Positions 1 to 10,582 of a DNA stretch of 64,000 bases are shown in pieces. The notes below the pieces were generated by a model. The model did no database searches. It was not told the origin of the DNA and was given only the letters and a program-made list of their open reading frames with translations. Source of the DNA: an uncultured delta proteobacterium (GTDB taxonomy: Bacteria; Myxococcota_A; Polyangia; Polyangiales; Polyangiaceae); contig CAWJCS010000006.1 in assembly GCA_963841435.1 (NCBI GenBank), positions 1,793,775 to 1,857,774 of the forward strand, in the 5' to 3' direction. The position numbers and the translations under genes are program-made. How positions within the stretch are numbered: position 1 is the first letter of the stretch; each line of letters begins with the position of its first letter.

Positions 1-1
1 C

Positions 2-1517
2 CGCCTGCGCGACAAGACCTACTCGGTCCCCGAGATCAGCTCGATGGTGCTCCAGGAGATGAGGGTGATCGCAGAGGACTACCTGGGCGAGCCCGTGAAG
101 AAGGCCGTGATCACCGTGCCCGCGTACTTCAACGACAACCAGCGCCAAGCCACCAAGGACGCTGGCACCATCGCGGGTCTCGATGTCATCCGCATCATCA
201 ACGAGCCGACGGCCGCGGCGCTGGCCTACGGTTTCGGCAAGGATTTCGACCGCACCGTCGCGGTCTACGACCTCGGCGGTGGCACGTTCGACATCAGCGT
301 CCTGGAAATCGGCGCACACGGCGTTTTCAAGGTTATCAGCACGACGGGCGACACATTCCTCGGCGGCGAGGACTTCGACGCTCGCATCATCGATTGGCTC
401 GTGTCCGGGTTCCAGCAGGAGCACGGCATCGATCTTCGCCAGGACCGCATGGCGCTCCAGCGTCTGCGTGACGCCGCCGAGAAGGCGAAGTGCGAGCTCT
501 CGGGAACGCGCGAGACCGAGATCAATCTGCCGTTCATCATCTCCACGGGTCGCAACGAAGCGTTGCACTTGCAGCGCATGCTCGATCGCCAGACCCTCGA
601 AAGCCTCACCCAGGATCTCATCGAGCGCACGATCGACATCTGCCGTCAGGCGCTCGGCGACGCGCGCCTCGGCGTCGGCGAGATCGAGGACGTCGTGCTC
701 GTCGGCGGGATGACGCGCATGCCCGCGGTGCAGCAGTCCGTGAGCACGTTCTTCCGGCGCGAGCCCAACAAGAGCGTGCACCCGGACGAGGTGGTGGCCA
801 TCGGCGCCGGAATCCAGGGTGCCGCGCTCGTGCGCGAGAAGCAGGAAATGATCCTGCTCGAACGTCACGCCGCACGCCCTCGGCATCATGACGTTCGGCA
901 GCCACTTCGAGGAGCTGATCCCGCAAAATACGACCGTCCCGACGTCGCGAGCGAAGACGTTCACGACGAGCCGCGACGATCAGACCGCCGTGAAGATCCT
1001 CGTGCTTCAGGGGGAAAGCGCGCGAGCCGACGAGAACGAGCTACTCGGCGAGTTCATCCTCACGGGCCTGCGCAAGGCCAAGAAGGGTCTCGTCGAAATC
1101 GAGGTCACCTTCGAGATCAACAGCGACGGCATCGTCAGCGTCCAGGCGAAGGACCTCGAAACGGGTCAGGCGCAATCGATCCAGGTGACCGCATCGAGCG
1201 GTCTCACGCAGGACGAGATCAAGAACATGATGACGCACGCGCAAGACTACATGGTCGAGCGCCGGACGGACGAGCGGTTCGAGGGAGTCAAGCAGGAGGC
1301 CGAGACCCTGATTGCGGAAATCGAGCGGCTGTTCCCCGAGATCGAGAAGGCCGTCGGCTCCGCCGATTTCGGACGTGACGCGCTCAGCAAGGCACGCGGT
1401 GCGGTCGAGCGGACGCGCACGGCCATCGAGTCGAAAAGCACCACTGCGGTCGAGCAGCAGGTCGAGCAACTCGGCCGCACTCTCAGGATGTTCAAAGGAG
1501 TCGTCACGCGGGGCTGA
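2..1517 (+). CDS. dnaK: Hsp70/DnaK-family chaperone, 5'-truncated by the window edge, apparent +1 frameshift at 861-862
   Basis: Motifs [46 protein letters not shown] and [10 protein letters not shown]. Removing one A at 861/862 restores the linker [12 protein letters not shown] and joins ORF 44.. to ORF 888..1517 (substrate-binding domain). May be a paralogue rather than the main DnaK. Confidence 0.93.
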
Positions 1518-2534
1518 TGACCCGCATGGAAAATCCGGTGAAAGGTCCCGACCACCGCGAGCGCAATCGATCCTTCCTGGAGCCTCTCGAGCTCGAGGAT
1601 CTGGAGCCGAAAGCCTCCGAGGAAGACCCGAGCGTCTTCGACCGCATCACTGCGATCCCCTCCGATCCGCAAGAGCTTCTGCGCGTCGCGCAGGCCCAGG
1701 ACGACGACCCGATCTCGGGGCTCCACGAGAAGACCGCCCCCGGTCTCGGCGGCCCGAACCCGGGCTCGGCTCCGCCCGTCGTGCCGCGCGAGGGCGCTTC
1801 CGAGGTGCCCGCCGTGCTGGGGCCGCCAAGCGCCGACCCCAATCGTCCGAGGCGGCGCGCCACGAGGCCGTTCCAGGCGCCCCTGCCCGAGCCACCGAGC
1901 AATCCAAGGCTCGCGGCGATGACCACCTCGACGGAGCCGCCGCTCGGGCCCATGACGGCGCCGACGGAGGCCCCGATCGCGCCGCTCGAATCCACCCACG
2001 GATCCCCCTCCCCTCGACGTGCCGGCAGGCGAGCTCGAGCTGATGGATCTCGGCTCGGAGCCGCCGCCGCCGCCCGTCGCGCGGCGCGATGCGCTCGAGG
2101 TCGAGCTTCCGGAGCGTTCGCCCACCGGCGAGGTGGGGCTTTCGCCGCCGCCGCCCGAAGACCCGGCCGTCGTCGCCATGAAGGACCGCTACGCGACGGG
2201 AGACTTTAGCGGCTCGCTGATCGTGGCGGAAGGCATCCTCGAGTCGAACCCCCGCCACGCGGATGCCCTACGCTGCCGGGAGCGTTGTACCGAAGTGCTC
2301 TCGCAGATGTATCTCGCGCGCCTCGGCTCGTTGAGCCAGGTCGTGCACGTGGCCGTCGACAACGACCAAGTCCGCTGGCTGTCGCTCGACCACCGCGCCG
2401 GTTTTTTGCTCTCCCTCGTCAACGGCTCACTCAGCATCGAGGAGCTACTCGACGTGAGCAGCATGCCGCGGCTCGAAGCGCTCCGCATCCTGTTCGGCCT
2501 GCTCGATCAGCAAGTGATCGCGCTATCGGGCTGA
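1517..2534 (+). CDS. Hypothetical protein: Pro/acidic low-complexity N-terminus plus helical C-terminal domain; apparent frameshift at 1989-1990
   Basis: Start overlaps the dnaK stop (TGATG). ORFs 1517.. and 2019..2534 join as PIAPLDPPTDPPPLDV if one A of CTCGAATC is removed. The C-terminus WLSLDHRAGFLLSLVNG..SIEELLDVS.MPRLEALRIL..LL looks winged-helix-like. Confidence 0.7.
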
Positions 2535-2748
2535 GCCCGTCGCGCGGCAGCGAGAACGGGGGCGGGGGGCCGGGCCCGAGCCTTGGCCGACGAGTCGGCG
2601 CACCCCCCGCGAACCCGGGGACCATCGTGGAACGGCGTGCCTCGACCCCATTTCGGCGGGACACCGGGGTCGCCTCGACCCTTCCCAACCCCTCCCACCG
2701 AAGGCGTTCAGGCGAATCGTTCTAGGACGGCCTGCTACGCTGCGCGCC

Positions 2749-4732
2749 GTGACCGCCGCCCGAGCCAGGCTCCGAGACGTGCTGCTCGGCGTCGTCAGCC
2801 TGCTTGCGGCGCTTTTCGTGGTCGGGCTTGCGCCGGCGCGAGCCGACGCGCCCGCGAGCGAGCCCGCGGCTGCAGCAGAGCTCGAGAGCGTCCCCAAGGT
2901 CGCGTCTTACACGCTCCGCGCGCGGCTCGACCCGAGCGCGCACACCATCACGGCCGAAGGCACGATCGAGCTATTGAACGTCGGCCCGGTGCCGCTCAAC
3001 GAGCTCTATCTGCACCTCTATCTCAACGCCTTCAAGCACGAAAAGTCGCTGTTCTTACGCTCCCCGTTCGGCGAAGGCCGCAGCGGCGCGCGGGCGGAGG
3101 ACTGGGGCTACACCGACCTCACGCGCTGCCGCGCGAGGGAGCTCGGCGGCGCGGACCTCTTGAAGTCACGCGAGCCGGGCACGCCCGAGGAGCCCGACGA
3201 CGAGACGGACGTGCGCCTGCGATTGCCGGCTCCGCTCATACCCGGGGCACGGCTGACGCTCGAACGTCGCGTTCACGTCGAAGCTGCCGCGCGTGATCCT
3301 TCGAACGGGCTATGCCGGCGGTTTCCACCTCGCCGGGCAGTGGTTTCCCAAGCTCGCTCGGCTCACGCCCGAAGGCGTCTTCGTGCATTTCCCCTTTCAC
3401 CCGCAGGCCGAGTTCTACGCTGACTTCGGCGACTACGACGTGACGCTCGACGTGCCCGCCGACGTGGTCGTGGGCGCTACGGGCGAGCGCATCGAGTCGA
3501 GGCTGGCCGGCGACCGCCGGGTGGAGCGCTACCGGGCGACCGCCGTGCACGACTTCGCCTTCACCGCTTGGTCCGACTTCCGCGAAAGCGCGACGACCAT
3601 CGACGGCGTCGCCGTGCGCGTGCTGTTCCCCCCGGGTCACGAGCGCAACGCCGAGGACACGCTCGACGCGGTGTCGTTCGCCCTGCCGCGTGCCTCGGCC
3701 CGTTACGGCCGCTACCCCTACCCCACCCTCACCGTCGTGCACCCGCCCATGATGGCCGCGCAGGCCGGCGGCATGGAATATCCGACGCTCATCACGACGG
3801 GAGGGCTCGCGCTGAGCGGCCTGCTCGGCGACCGCGCAATCCAGGCCGTCACGGTGCACGAGCTCTTGCACCAGTGGTTCTACGGCTTGGTGGCGACCGA
3901 CGAGGCGCGCTTCCCATTCCTCGACGAAGGCGTCACGAGCTACGCCGAGCAGCGCCTGCTCGACGAGGGCTGGGGCCCGGGCTCGGTCTTCTCGGGCTTC
4001 GGTCTCGAGCTCTCCGCGACCGCGCTCGGGCGTGCCTTCGCGGCCGAGCGCGGCGAGGATGCCTCACTCGCGCTGCCCGCCGGGGAGTTTCCCGGGTTTC
4101 GAACGCTCGCTGCGCTCGTCTACTCGCGCACCGCGACGGTGCTCGAGACGCTCGCTCGCGTCTACGGCCGCGCCGAGCTCGAGCGCGGCCTCGGCAGGTA
4201 CGCAAAAACCGAGCGCTTCCAGCACCCCACGCCGAACGACTTCGTCGCTGCGCTCGAAGCAGAGCTCGGCTCGGACGCCGCTCGCGTGCTCGAGCAGTGC
4301 CTGCACCAGCGTGGCCACGTCAATTACCTCGTGCGCGACCTGCAAAATGCCCTGGAACGGACGCCCGGCGGCGTCTTCGACGAGCAGGGCACCCGCACGA
4401 CGGTGCTCGAAGGCACGGCGGTGCCCGAACGCTATCGCGGGCGTGCCGTCGTGGTTCGCCATGGCTCGCTCGAGCTGCCCGTGGACGTGGAGCTCGTGGA
4501 CGAGCGGGGCAACCGCACCCGCCAGCATTGGGACGGCCAGGGCTCGTTCCACGTCGTGGAGTACCGGGGCGAGGCGCCGCTCGCCTACGTGATCGTCAAC
4601 CCGGATCGACGCGTGCTGCTGGACGATGACCTGTTCGACAACGCCGCGGCGGCGCGCGCCGACTACCCGACGCGAGTGCTCGAACGGACGACGTATGCGT
4701 TCGGGCTCCTCGTGTCGCTCGTGGGACCATGA
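2749..4732 (+). CDS. Secreted M1-family (gluzincin) aminopeptidase; apparent frameshift at 3263-3264
   Basis: Signal peptide, LYLHLYLNAF, GQWFPK, GGMEYP and the HELLHQWF..FLDEG zinc motif. Removing one A at 3263/3264 joins ORFs 2749.. and 3293..4732 (LTLDVAFTSKLPRVILRTG). Confidence 0.9.
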
Positions 4733-5565
4733 GGCGCCACGGCTTCTTCGTCGGTTTGGACTTTTTGGCGCGCTTCGCCGCCGCGATCGTGCTGGCCCTC
4801 CCCGTCACGGCCGCCCTCGCCGGCACGGGCGTGGGACAGTTTCCGGAGGGGGATCGGTTGCTCTTCGAGCCCGGCGGGCTCTACTTGCTGGAGGCCGCCC
4901 GTGAGCTCCGGCCGTTCGCCTGGTCGCTCGGCACGGCGTCACTGTTCGGATTCGGCTTGTTGTTCGTCGTGCTGCTCGTGCCGCACGGCGCGCTGCTCGC
5001 GTCGCTTTCTGCCAACGGGTCCCAGTCTCGCAGCGCCATTTTCGCCCGCGCGCTCGAGCGGTTGCCCGCGCTCTTCGCGCTCAGCAGTCTCGGGCTCCTG
5101 GCCCAGATCGCCGTCCTCGCGTTCGCAGCGTCAACCGGGGCTTCGGTGCGAGCGGCGCTCGCCGATCGCCCCGGAGCCACCCCCGAGCTCGTCGGGCTCG
5201 CAATCCTCGGGGTCGGGCTGGTCGCGGCGGTGCTCATCGGCATGGCGCGCGACCTCAGTCGCGCCGCCGCCGTGACGTTCGGGATCGCGGGCCCAGCGGC
5301 GCTGCGAATCGGCCTCGGCGCGCTCGGCCGCGGGGCGCGGGCAGCGCTGCCCGCTTGGCTCGGACCGGCGCTCGTCTCGGCCTTGCTCGTGGGCGCGGCA
5401 GCGCTCGTCACCGGAGCGCTCGACGTGTCGCGTCCCGGAACGCTCCGGGTCGTCACCGTCTTCGTCGTGCACGGCGTCGTCGGCTACGCGCTCGCCTGGT
5501 GTCGCGCGTTCTGGCTGTCGTCGTCGATCGACTTGTTGAATCAGCGCTCGGCGAGCCGCCGATAG
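4729..5565 (+). CDS. Multi-pass membrane protein, translationally coupled to the M1 peptidase
   Basis: About 6 hydrophobic segments; ATGA overlap with the upstream stop. Confidence 0.75.
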   Translation: MRRHGFFVGLDFLARFAAAIVLALPVTAALAGTGVGQFPEGDRLLFEPGGLYLLEAARELRPFAWSLGTASLFGFGLLFVVLLVPHGALLASLSANGSQSRSAIFARALERLPALFALSSLGLLAQIAVLAFAASTGASVRAALADRPGATPELVGLAILGVGLVAAVLIGMARDLSRAAAVTFGIAGPAALRIGLGALGRGARAALPAWLGPALVSALLVGAAALVTGALDVSRPGTLRVVTVFVVHGVVGYALAWCRAFWLSSSIDLLNQRSASRR

Positions 5566-6936
5566 AGCTGCGCGTTCCGCCGGGCGGGCCGATCCCAGCC
5601 CAGATCGAGCCGCATGACGCGCCGCCGGAGCCGCTGCCAGCCGTCTTCGTCGGCGTAGGCGGCGAGGGCGCGGCCGAGCGCCCCCACGAGCTCGCCCGGC
5701 TTTGCCCCGTCGAAGAGGAACCCCGTGCCGGTCTCGAGCGACGCCTCGGCATCGACGATGCCGTCGAGGCGCGTCCCCGTCGCCAGGGCGACCGGTAGCG
5801 CCCCGTAGCGCTGGGCCACCGCGTGGATCATCTCCGAGGGCGCGGCACGAGTCGGCAGGAGCACGATGTCGGCTGCCGCCATGAGGCGTCGGAACCCCGC
5901 GTCGTCGCGCCGCTCGACGAGCGCCAGCGCGTCGGGTTGGGCCTGCCGAGCGTTCCGGAAGGTCTCGAGCAGGGGCTCGCCCTCGCCTTCGACGACGATC
6001 AGCGAGAGGCGCTCCTTGGCGAGCGATGGGAGCGCCTCGAGCAAGAGGTCCGCCCCGTGGGCGCGGTCGAGCGGCCCCGGGAAGACCACGAGGGGCGGAT
6101 TGATGTCGAGGTCGAGCCGGTGCTCCCGCAACACGACCCCCTTGGTCCGTGCCTTGAGCCAGGCGTCCTCCGCGTCGTAGCGCGCCTCGAGCGCTGCATC
6201 GACGGCGGGGTTGTGCGTGGCGTAGTCGAGGCCAGTCGGCACGCCCACGACGGGCTCCGAAAGCCGCGCGAAGCGCTCCGCGAGGGGGCCGGTGACGGCC
6301 GCGTCCGCCAGCGTCGCGGCGTAGCTCGCCGACGGGGTGAGCACCATGCCGGCCTCGCTCAAGCCGAGCCCGAGCGCGCAGGCCCGCCCCCCGACGTTGA
6401 GCTTCTCGGCGAGCGCCGGCTCGAGGCCACTCAGCACGCTCGTGTCGAACCAGCCCGCGCGCGCGGCGTCGTAGATCGTGAGGGCGAGCGGCGGGCGGGG
6501 CGCATCGAGGTGCGCGGCGACGAGCCCGGCGAGCGAGCCGTGGGCATGCACGACGTTCGAACGGCGCGTCGCGCCTGCGCTGGCGTACCAGAGCCGCGGC
6601 GGCGCGCCCGATCTCCATCCCCGCGGCGAAGAGAGCGGGCCCGCCGTCGAGAGTCGGGCTCGGCTCGGGCAAGCCGGGCACGTCGAACAGCACGAGCTCC
6701 ACGCCCGAGGCGAGCGGACAATCGTAGACGATCACGTCGCCACCGGGCGCCGCGAGCGGAGTGAGCCGGCGCGCCAGCAGGAGGCCGTGCGCTTCGAAGG
6801 CCCCAAAGCGTGGCAACGCAACGGTGACGCGATGGCCGAGCTGCTTGAGTGCCTTGCCAAGCGCCGGCACGGCGTCGCCGACCTCGGTGACTCGAGCGTA
6901 GGGCCCGAGCTCGGCGGCGACCATCAAGATATCCAT
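5541..6936 (-). CDS. Glycogen/starch synthase (GT5)-like protein with degenerate catalytic motifs; apparent frameshift at 6556-6557
   Basis: MDILMVAAELGPY..GHRVTVALPRF, (F)DVVHAH after repair, TPSASYA, GLDYATHNPAVD, QRYGALPV, TGFLF and DLGWDRPA follow GlgA colinearly. Confidence 0.85.
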
Positions 6937-7034
6937 GGGCGGGGTCGTTACACCCGACCCCCCCAGGAACCAAGGGGCAAGCCGCGGCCCCCCGATGGCC
7001 GCTCTGCCCCGACGGGTGTATGTGCGGGCGCACG

Positions 7035-7940
7035 ATGGACGATTTGGTCAGCAAGGCGGCCGTCCTGCACGAGGCCCTGCCCTACATCCGGCGCTTTCAG
7101 GGCAAGACGTTCGTGGTCAAGTACGGCGGCCACGCCATGGTCGACGAGGCCCTGAAGGAGAGCTTCGCGCGAGACGTGTGCCTCCTCCGCTACGTGGGCA
7201 TCCGCATCGTCGTCGTCCACGGCGGGGGCCCGCAGATCAATCGCATGCTCGAGCGCGTGGGGCTCAAGACGACCTTCTCCGGAGGCCTCCGCATCACCGA
7301 CGATGCGACGATGGAGATGGTGGAGATGGTGCTCGGAGGCGGGGTGAATCAGGAAATCGTCGGGCTCATCTGCCAGCACGGGGGCCGCGCCATCGGGCTT
7401 TCGGGGCGCGACGACCGCTTCCTCATCGCCAAACGGCTCGACCGCGTGCCGGCGAAGGACGAGCAAGGCTCACCCATGCTCGTCGACCTCGGCCGCGTCG
7501 GCGAGGTCACGCACGTGGAGACCGGCGTGCTCGAGCAGCTCACGGCCAGCGGCTTCATCCCCGTGGTGGCGCCCATCGGCGTCGATCAGGACGGGGCTTC
7601 GCTGAACGTCAACGCCGACACCGTGGCCGGCGCCGTGGGCGGGGCGCTCCGCGCGACCAAGCTCGTGTTGATGACCGACGTCGAGGGCGTGCGAACGGCC
7701 GACGGTACCTTCCTGAGCTCTCTCGAAACGTCGGAGGCCGAGCGCCTGATCGGCGAGGGCATCATCACGGGCGGCATGATCCCGAAGATCCGCTGCGCGC
7801 TCGAGGCCGTGAGCTCCGGCGTCGAACAGGTCCACGTCATCGACGGCCGCCGTCGCCACGCGCTTTTGCTCGAAATCTTCACGGATCGGGGCGTCGGCAC
7901 CGAGATCCGACGGCCGGGAGCCGGACGCCGCGAAGGCTGA
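7035..7940 (+). CDS. argB: Acetylglutamate kinase
   Basis: EALPYIRRFQGKTFVVKYGGHAM, VVVHGGGPQI, GLRITD, NVNADTVA, LMTDVEGV and GGMIPKI. Confidence 0.97.
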   Translation: MDDLVSKAAVLHEALPYIRRFQGKTFVVKYGGHAMVDEALKESFARDVCLLRYVGIRIVVVHGGGPQINRMLERVGLKTTFSGGLRITDDATMEMVEMVLGGGVNQEIVGLICQHGGRAIGLSGRDDRFLIAKRLDRVPAKDEQGSPMLVDLGRVGEVTHVETGVLEQLTASGFIPVVAPIGVDQDGASLNVNADTVAGAVGGALRATKLVLMTDVEGVRTADGTFLSSLETSEAERLIGEGIITGGMIPKIRCALEAVSSGVEQVHVIDGRRRHALLLEIFTDRGVGTEIRRPGAGRREG

Positions 7941-7946
7941 GGTCGG

Positions 7947-8969
7947 GTGAGCGGCGAGCGTCCAGCGGGGGTCTCGGCCGGCGCCATCCTGCGGCGGCTC
8001 CGGGTCTCCGCCGAGCACGCGGGGCAGCGGCTCGACGTGTTCGTGCAGACCCAGCTGCGCCATACGAGCCGAACACGCGCGCAACGCATCATCGCGGGCA
8101 GCGCGTACGATGCCCTCGGCCGTCGCGTGAAGGCGAGCGACCGCGTGCGCGAGGGCGAAGAAATCTTGCTCTGGCGCGAGCCGTTCGAGGACGACGAGGA
8201 GCAACCGCCGCTGCCCGTGCTCTACGAAGACCCGCACTTGCTCGTCATCGACAAGCCCCCGCTCGTCGCCGTCCATCCGACAGCACGCTATCACAAGCAC
8301 ACGGTCATCGCGCGACTCCGCGCGGACCGGCCGGGTGAAACGCCCACGCTGGTCCACCGCCTCGATCGCGAGACCAGCGGCATTCTGCTCGTGGCCCGCA
8401 CGCTTCAGGCCGACCGGGCCTTCAAACGGCTGCTGGAGGACCGGAGCCTCGGGCTCGAGGGTCCCCCCGTGAAGAAGATTTACCTCGCCATTTCGAAGGG
8501 CGTGCCTCCCGAGGGGCTCGTCGAGCTGCCCCTGGAGCTCGATGCCGGGAACCCGATGCGCGTGAAGATGCGCGTCGCCGCGCCCGGCACGGGGCAGCTG
8601 GCGCGCACGGGCGTGACCATCGTCGAGACACGCGCCGGCTACTCGCTCGTGCGCTGCGAGCTTCACACCGGCCGTCAGCACCAGATCCGGGTGCACCTCG
8701 CGGCGCTCGGCTGCCCGGTCGTGGGCGACAAGCTCTACGGGCCCGACGAAACCCTACTCGCGCGCGCCGCCGACAAGAAGCTCACCGACGGCGACCTCGA
8801 GAAGCTCGAGCTTGCTCGCCACGCGCTCCACGCGCACCGCTACGCGCTGCCTCACGCCGTCACCGGCGATGCGCTCGATCTGGAATCGCCCCTCCCCGCC
8901 GATCTTCTCGCTTTCTGGGAAACGCGCCGCACCGATGCCCCGGCCCCCGACGCGCGGCCCGCCCCGTGA
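7947..8969 (+). CDS. RluA/RluD-family pseudouridine synthase
   Basis: S4-like N-terminus, VLYED..VIDKP, catalytic HRLDRETSG, TGRQHQIRVH, GDKLYG and ALHA. Confidence 0.95.
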   Translation: MSGERPAGVSAGAILRRLRVSAEHAGQRLDVFVQTQLRHTSRTRAQRIIAGSAYDALGRRVKASDRVREGEEILLWREPFEDDEEQPPLPVLYEDPHLLVIDKPPLVAVHPTARYHKHTVIARLRADRPGETPTLVHRLDRETSGILLVARTLQADRAFKRLLEDRSLGLEGPPVKKIYLAISKGVPPEGLVELPLELDAGNPMRVKMRVAAPGTGQLARTGVTIVETRAGYSLVRCELHTGRQHQIRVHLAALGCPVVGDKLYGPDETLLARAADKKLTDGDLEKLELARHALHAHRYALPHAVTGDALDLESPLPADLLAFWETRRTDAPAPDARPAP

Positions 8970-9008
8970 CCGACGCCGCTTGACGGCCTCGCTGGCTCGC
9001 CGGCTAAC

Positions 9009-9611
9009 TTGGTCCATGACGCTGGGCCCCTCGAACACATCGTGCAGCCGGACGGGCACGCCGCGAAGGAATTCTTGCTCGACTGGCAGCCCTTCGGCGC
9101 CCCGGCGACGAGCTACGGTCACGACCCCGAGACCGCCTGGCTGCTGCTCGAGACGGCGGCAACAGTCGGTCGCCCCGAAGACCCCGCCGCGCGCGCCGTG
9201 GCCCGGCGCGTCGGCGAGGCGGCGGCTCGAACGGGGTTCGACGCTCGAGCCGGCGGGTATTTCGAGGAGGGCGTGCCTTTCGGCGCGCCCGACAAGCTCG
9301 AGAAGATCTGGTGGATCCAGGCCGAGGCGATCCCGAGCCTGTTTCGGTTGTGGGCGCTCGGCGGCGGCGAGGTGGACCTCGAGCGCCTCGAGCGAACCTT
9401 GGACTTCATCGAGTCCAAACAGCGCGACCGCGAGCACGGCGGCCTCTTCTGGGGCATCGCCCCCGACGGCTCGGTCGGCCCGCACGGCGGGAACAAGGGC
9501 GAGGAGTGGAAAGCGAGCTACCACGAGCTTCGCGCGCTCGTGCTCACCACCGACTGGATTCGCGCGGCGCTCGGCGACGACCCCCGGCCCGCGCGGGTGA
9601 CCGCGCTATAG
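9009..9611 (+). pseudogene. C-terminal half of an AGE-family (cellobiose 2-epimerase / N-acylglucosamine 2-epimerase) enzyme
   Basis: SYGHDPETAWLL, KIWWIQAEA, DREHGGLFW and WKASYH match the C-terminal motifs. Only ~200 aa, starting 40 bp after the RluA stop, so there is no room for the N-terminal half. Confidence 0.72.
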
Positions 9612-9621
9612 TCGTCGTCCG

Positions 9622-10488
9622 ATGTCGCGCCACCCCGACTCGCGCCTCAACGCGACAGCGTTGCTCTCGCTGCTCGTCGGGATCTTCGGGACGCTCTGTT
9701 TCTTCTGGGGCATTGCCGGCGTCGCCGCCGTCGTGCTCGGAGCCGTCGCCTACCGGGAGATCAAGCGCTCCGAGGGGCGCGAGCACGGCGCGGGGCTCGC
9801 CATATCGGGCATCGTGCTCGGGGTCGTCCACCTGGTCGCGCTCGTCGTCGGCGTCGGCCTTTTGGTCGTCCTCCAGTCGTCGCTGTTCGGTGGCAAAAGG
9901 ACCCTGGGCGGGTCGGCGACCTGGGCGCCGCGCGCCGCGCCGGCCCCGTTGCCCAAGCCGGTCCCGGTGCCCCCCTCGCCCCCGGCGACGGAAGACACGG
10001 CGGCGACGGCGACGCGCGAGACCGCCACGCGCATCGCCCACTTTGCGGGGGTCACGCTCGTCGATCCGGGGCCGAACGCCGGTCGGCTCGGTGCCGTGCT
10101 CGCGAACGAGCGACAGCGCGCGGCGCAGGCCGAGCAAAAGCTCCTGGTTTGGCTCAGCGCCCCCGACTGCACCTCGTGCACCGGGGTCTCGATCGCGCTC
10201 ACCGATCGCAGGCTCCAGACGGCCCTCGACGGCGTCCGCCTGCTTCGCATCGATGCGCGTGACTACAGGGTGGAGCTCGCCGCGCGGGGCCTCGACCCCA
10301 ACGTGCTGCCCGGGTTTGCCCTGCTCGGTTCCCACGACGAGCCCATCGACTATGTGAACGGCGGCGAATGGGACGAAGACATCGCGAAGAACATTGCACC
10401 CGTGCTGAGAAAATTCGTTCAGGGCACCTACAAGACCCGTCGCAACGCGTGGACGGGTGTGCCGCACGCGGGCGACGCCCTCCTCTGA
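9622..10488 (+). CDS. DUF4190-like two-TM anchor + Pro-rich linker + thioredoxin-like (CxxC) domain
   Basis: ALLSLLVGI...AVVLGAVAYREIKRSEGREHGAGLAISGIVLG resembles DUF4190; LLVWLSAPDCTSC and a downstream LPGF resemble a thioredoxin fold. Confidence 0.72.
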   Translation: MSRHPDSRLNATALLSLLVGIFGTLCFFWGIAGVAAVVLGAVAYREIKRSEGREHGAGLAISGIVLGVVHLVALVVGVGLLVVLQSSLFGGKRTLGGSATWAPRAAPAPLPKPVPVPPSPPATEDTAATATRETATRIAHFAGVTLVDPGPNAGRLGAVLANERQRAAQAEQKLLVWLSAPDCTSCTGVSIALTDRRLQTALDGVRLLRIDARDYRVELAARGLDPNVLPGFALLGSHDEPIDYVNGGEWDEDIAKNIAPVLRKFVQGTYKTRRNAWTGVPHAGDALL

Positions 10489-10582
10489 TCAGCTTTCATT
10501 CGGCGGAATGTCGGGGTCGGAGATCGGGAAGTTCGCTGCAGCTGGAAATCGCGCGGGACCAGGCTACTATGCCGCCCCGTCC

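Noticed and set aside
2535-2748. Short direct repeats (GCCTCGACCC twice) and G/C runs as a riboswitch or ncRNA
   Set aside because: Short GC-rich matches are expected by chance, and I saw no recognisable aptamer or consistent nested pairing.
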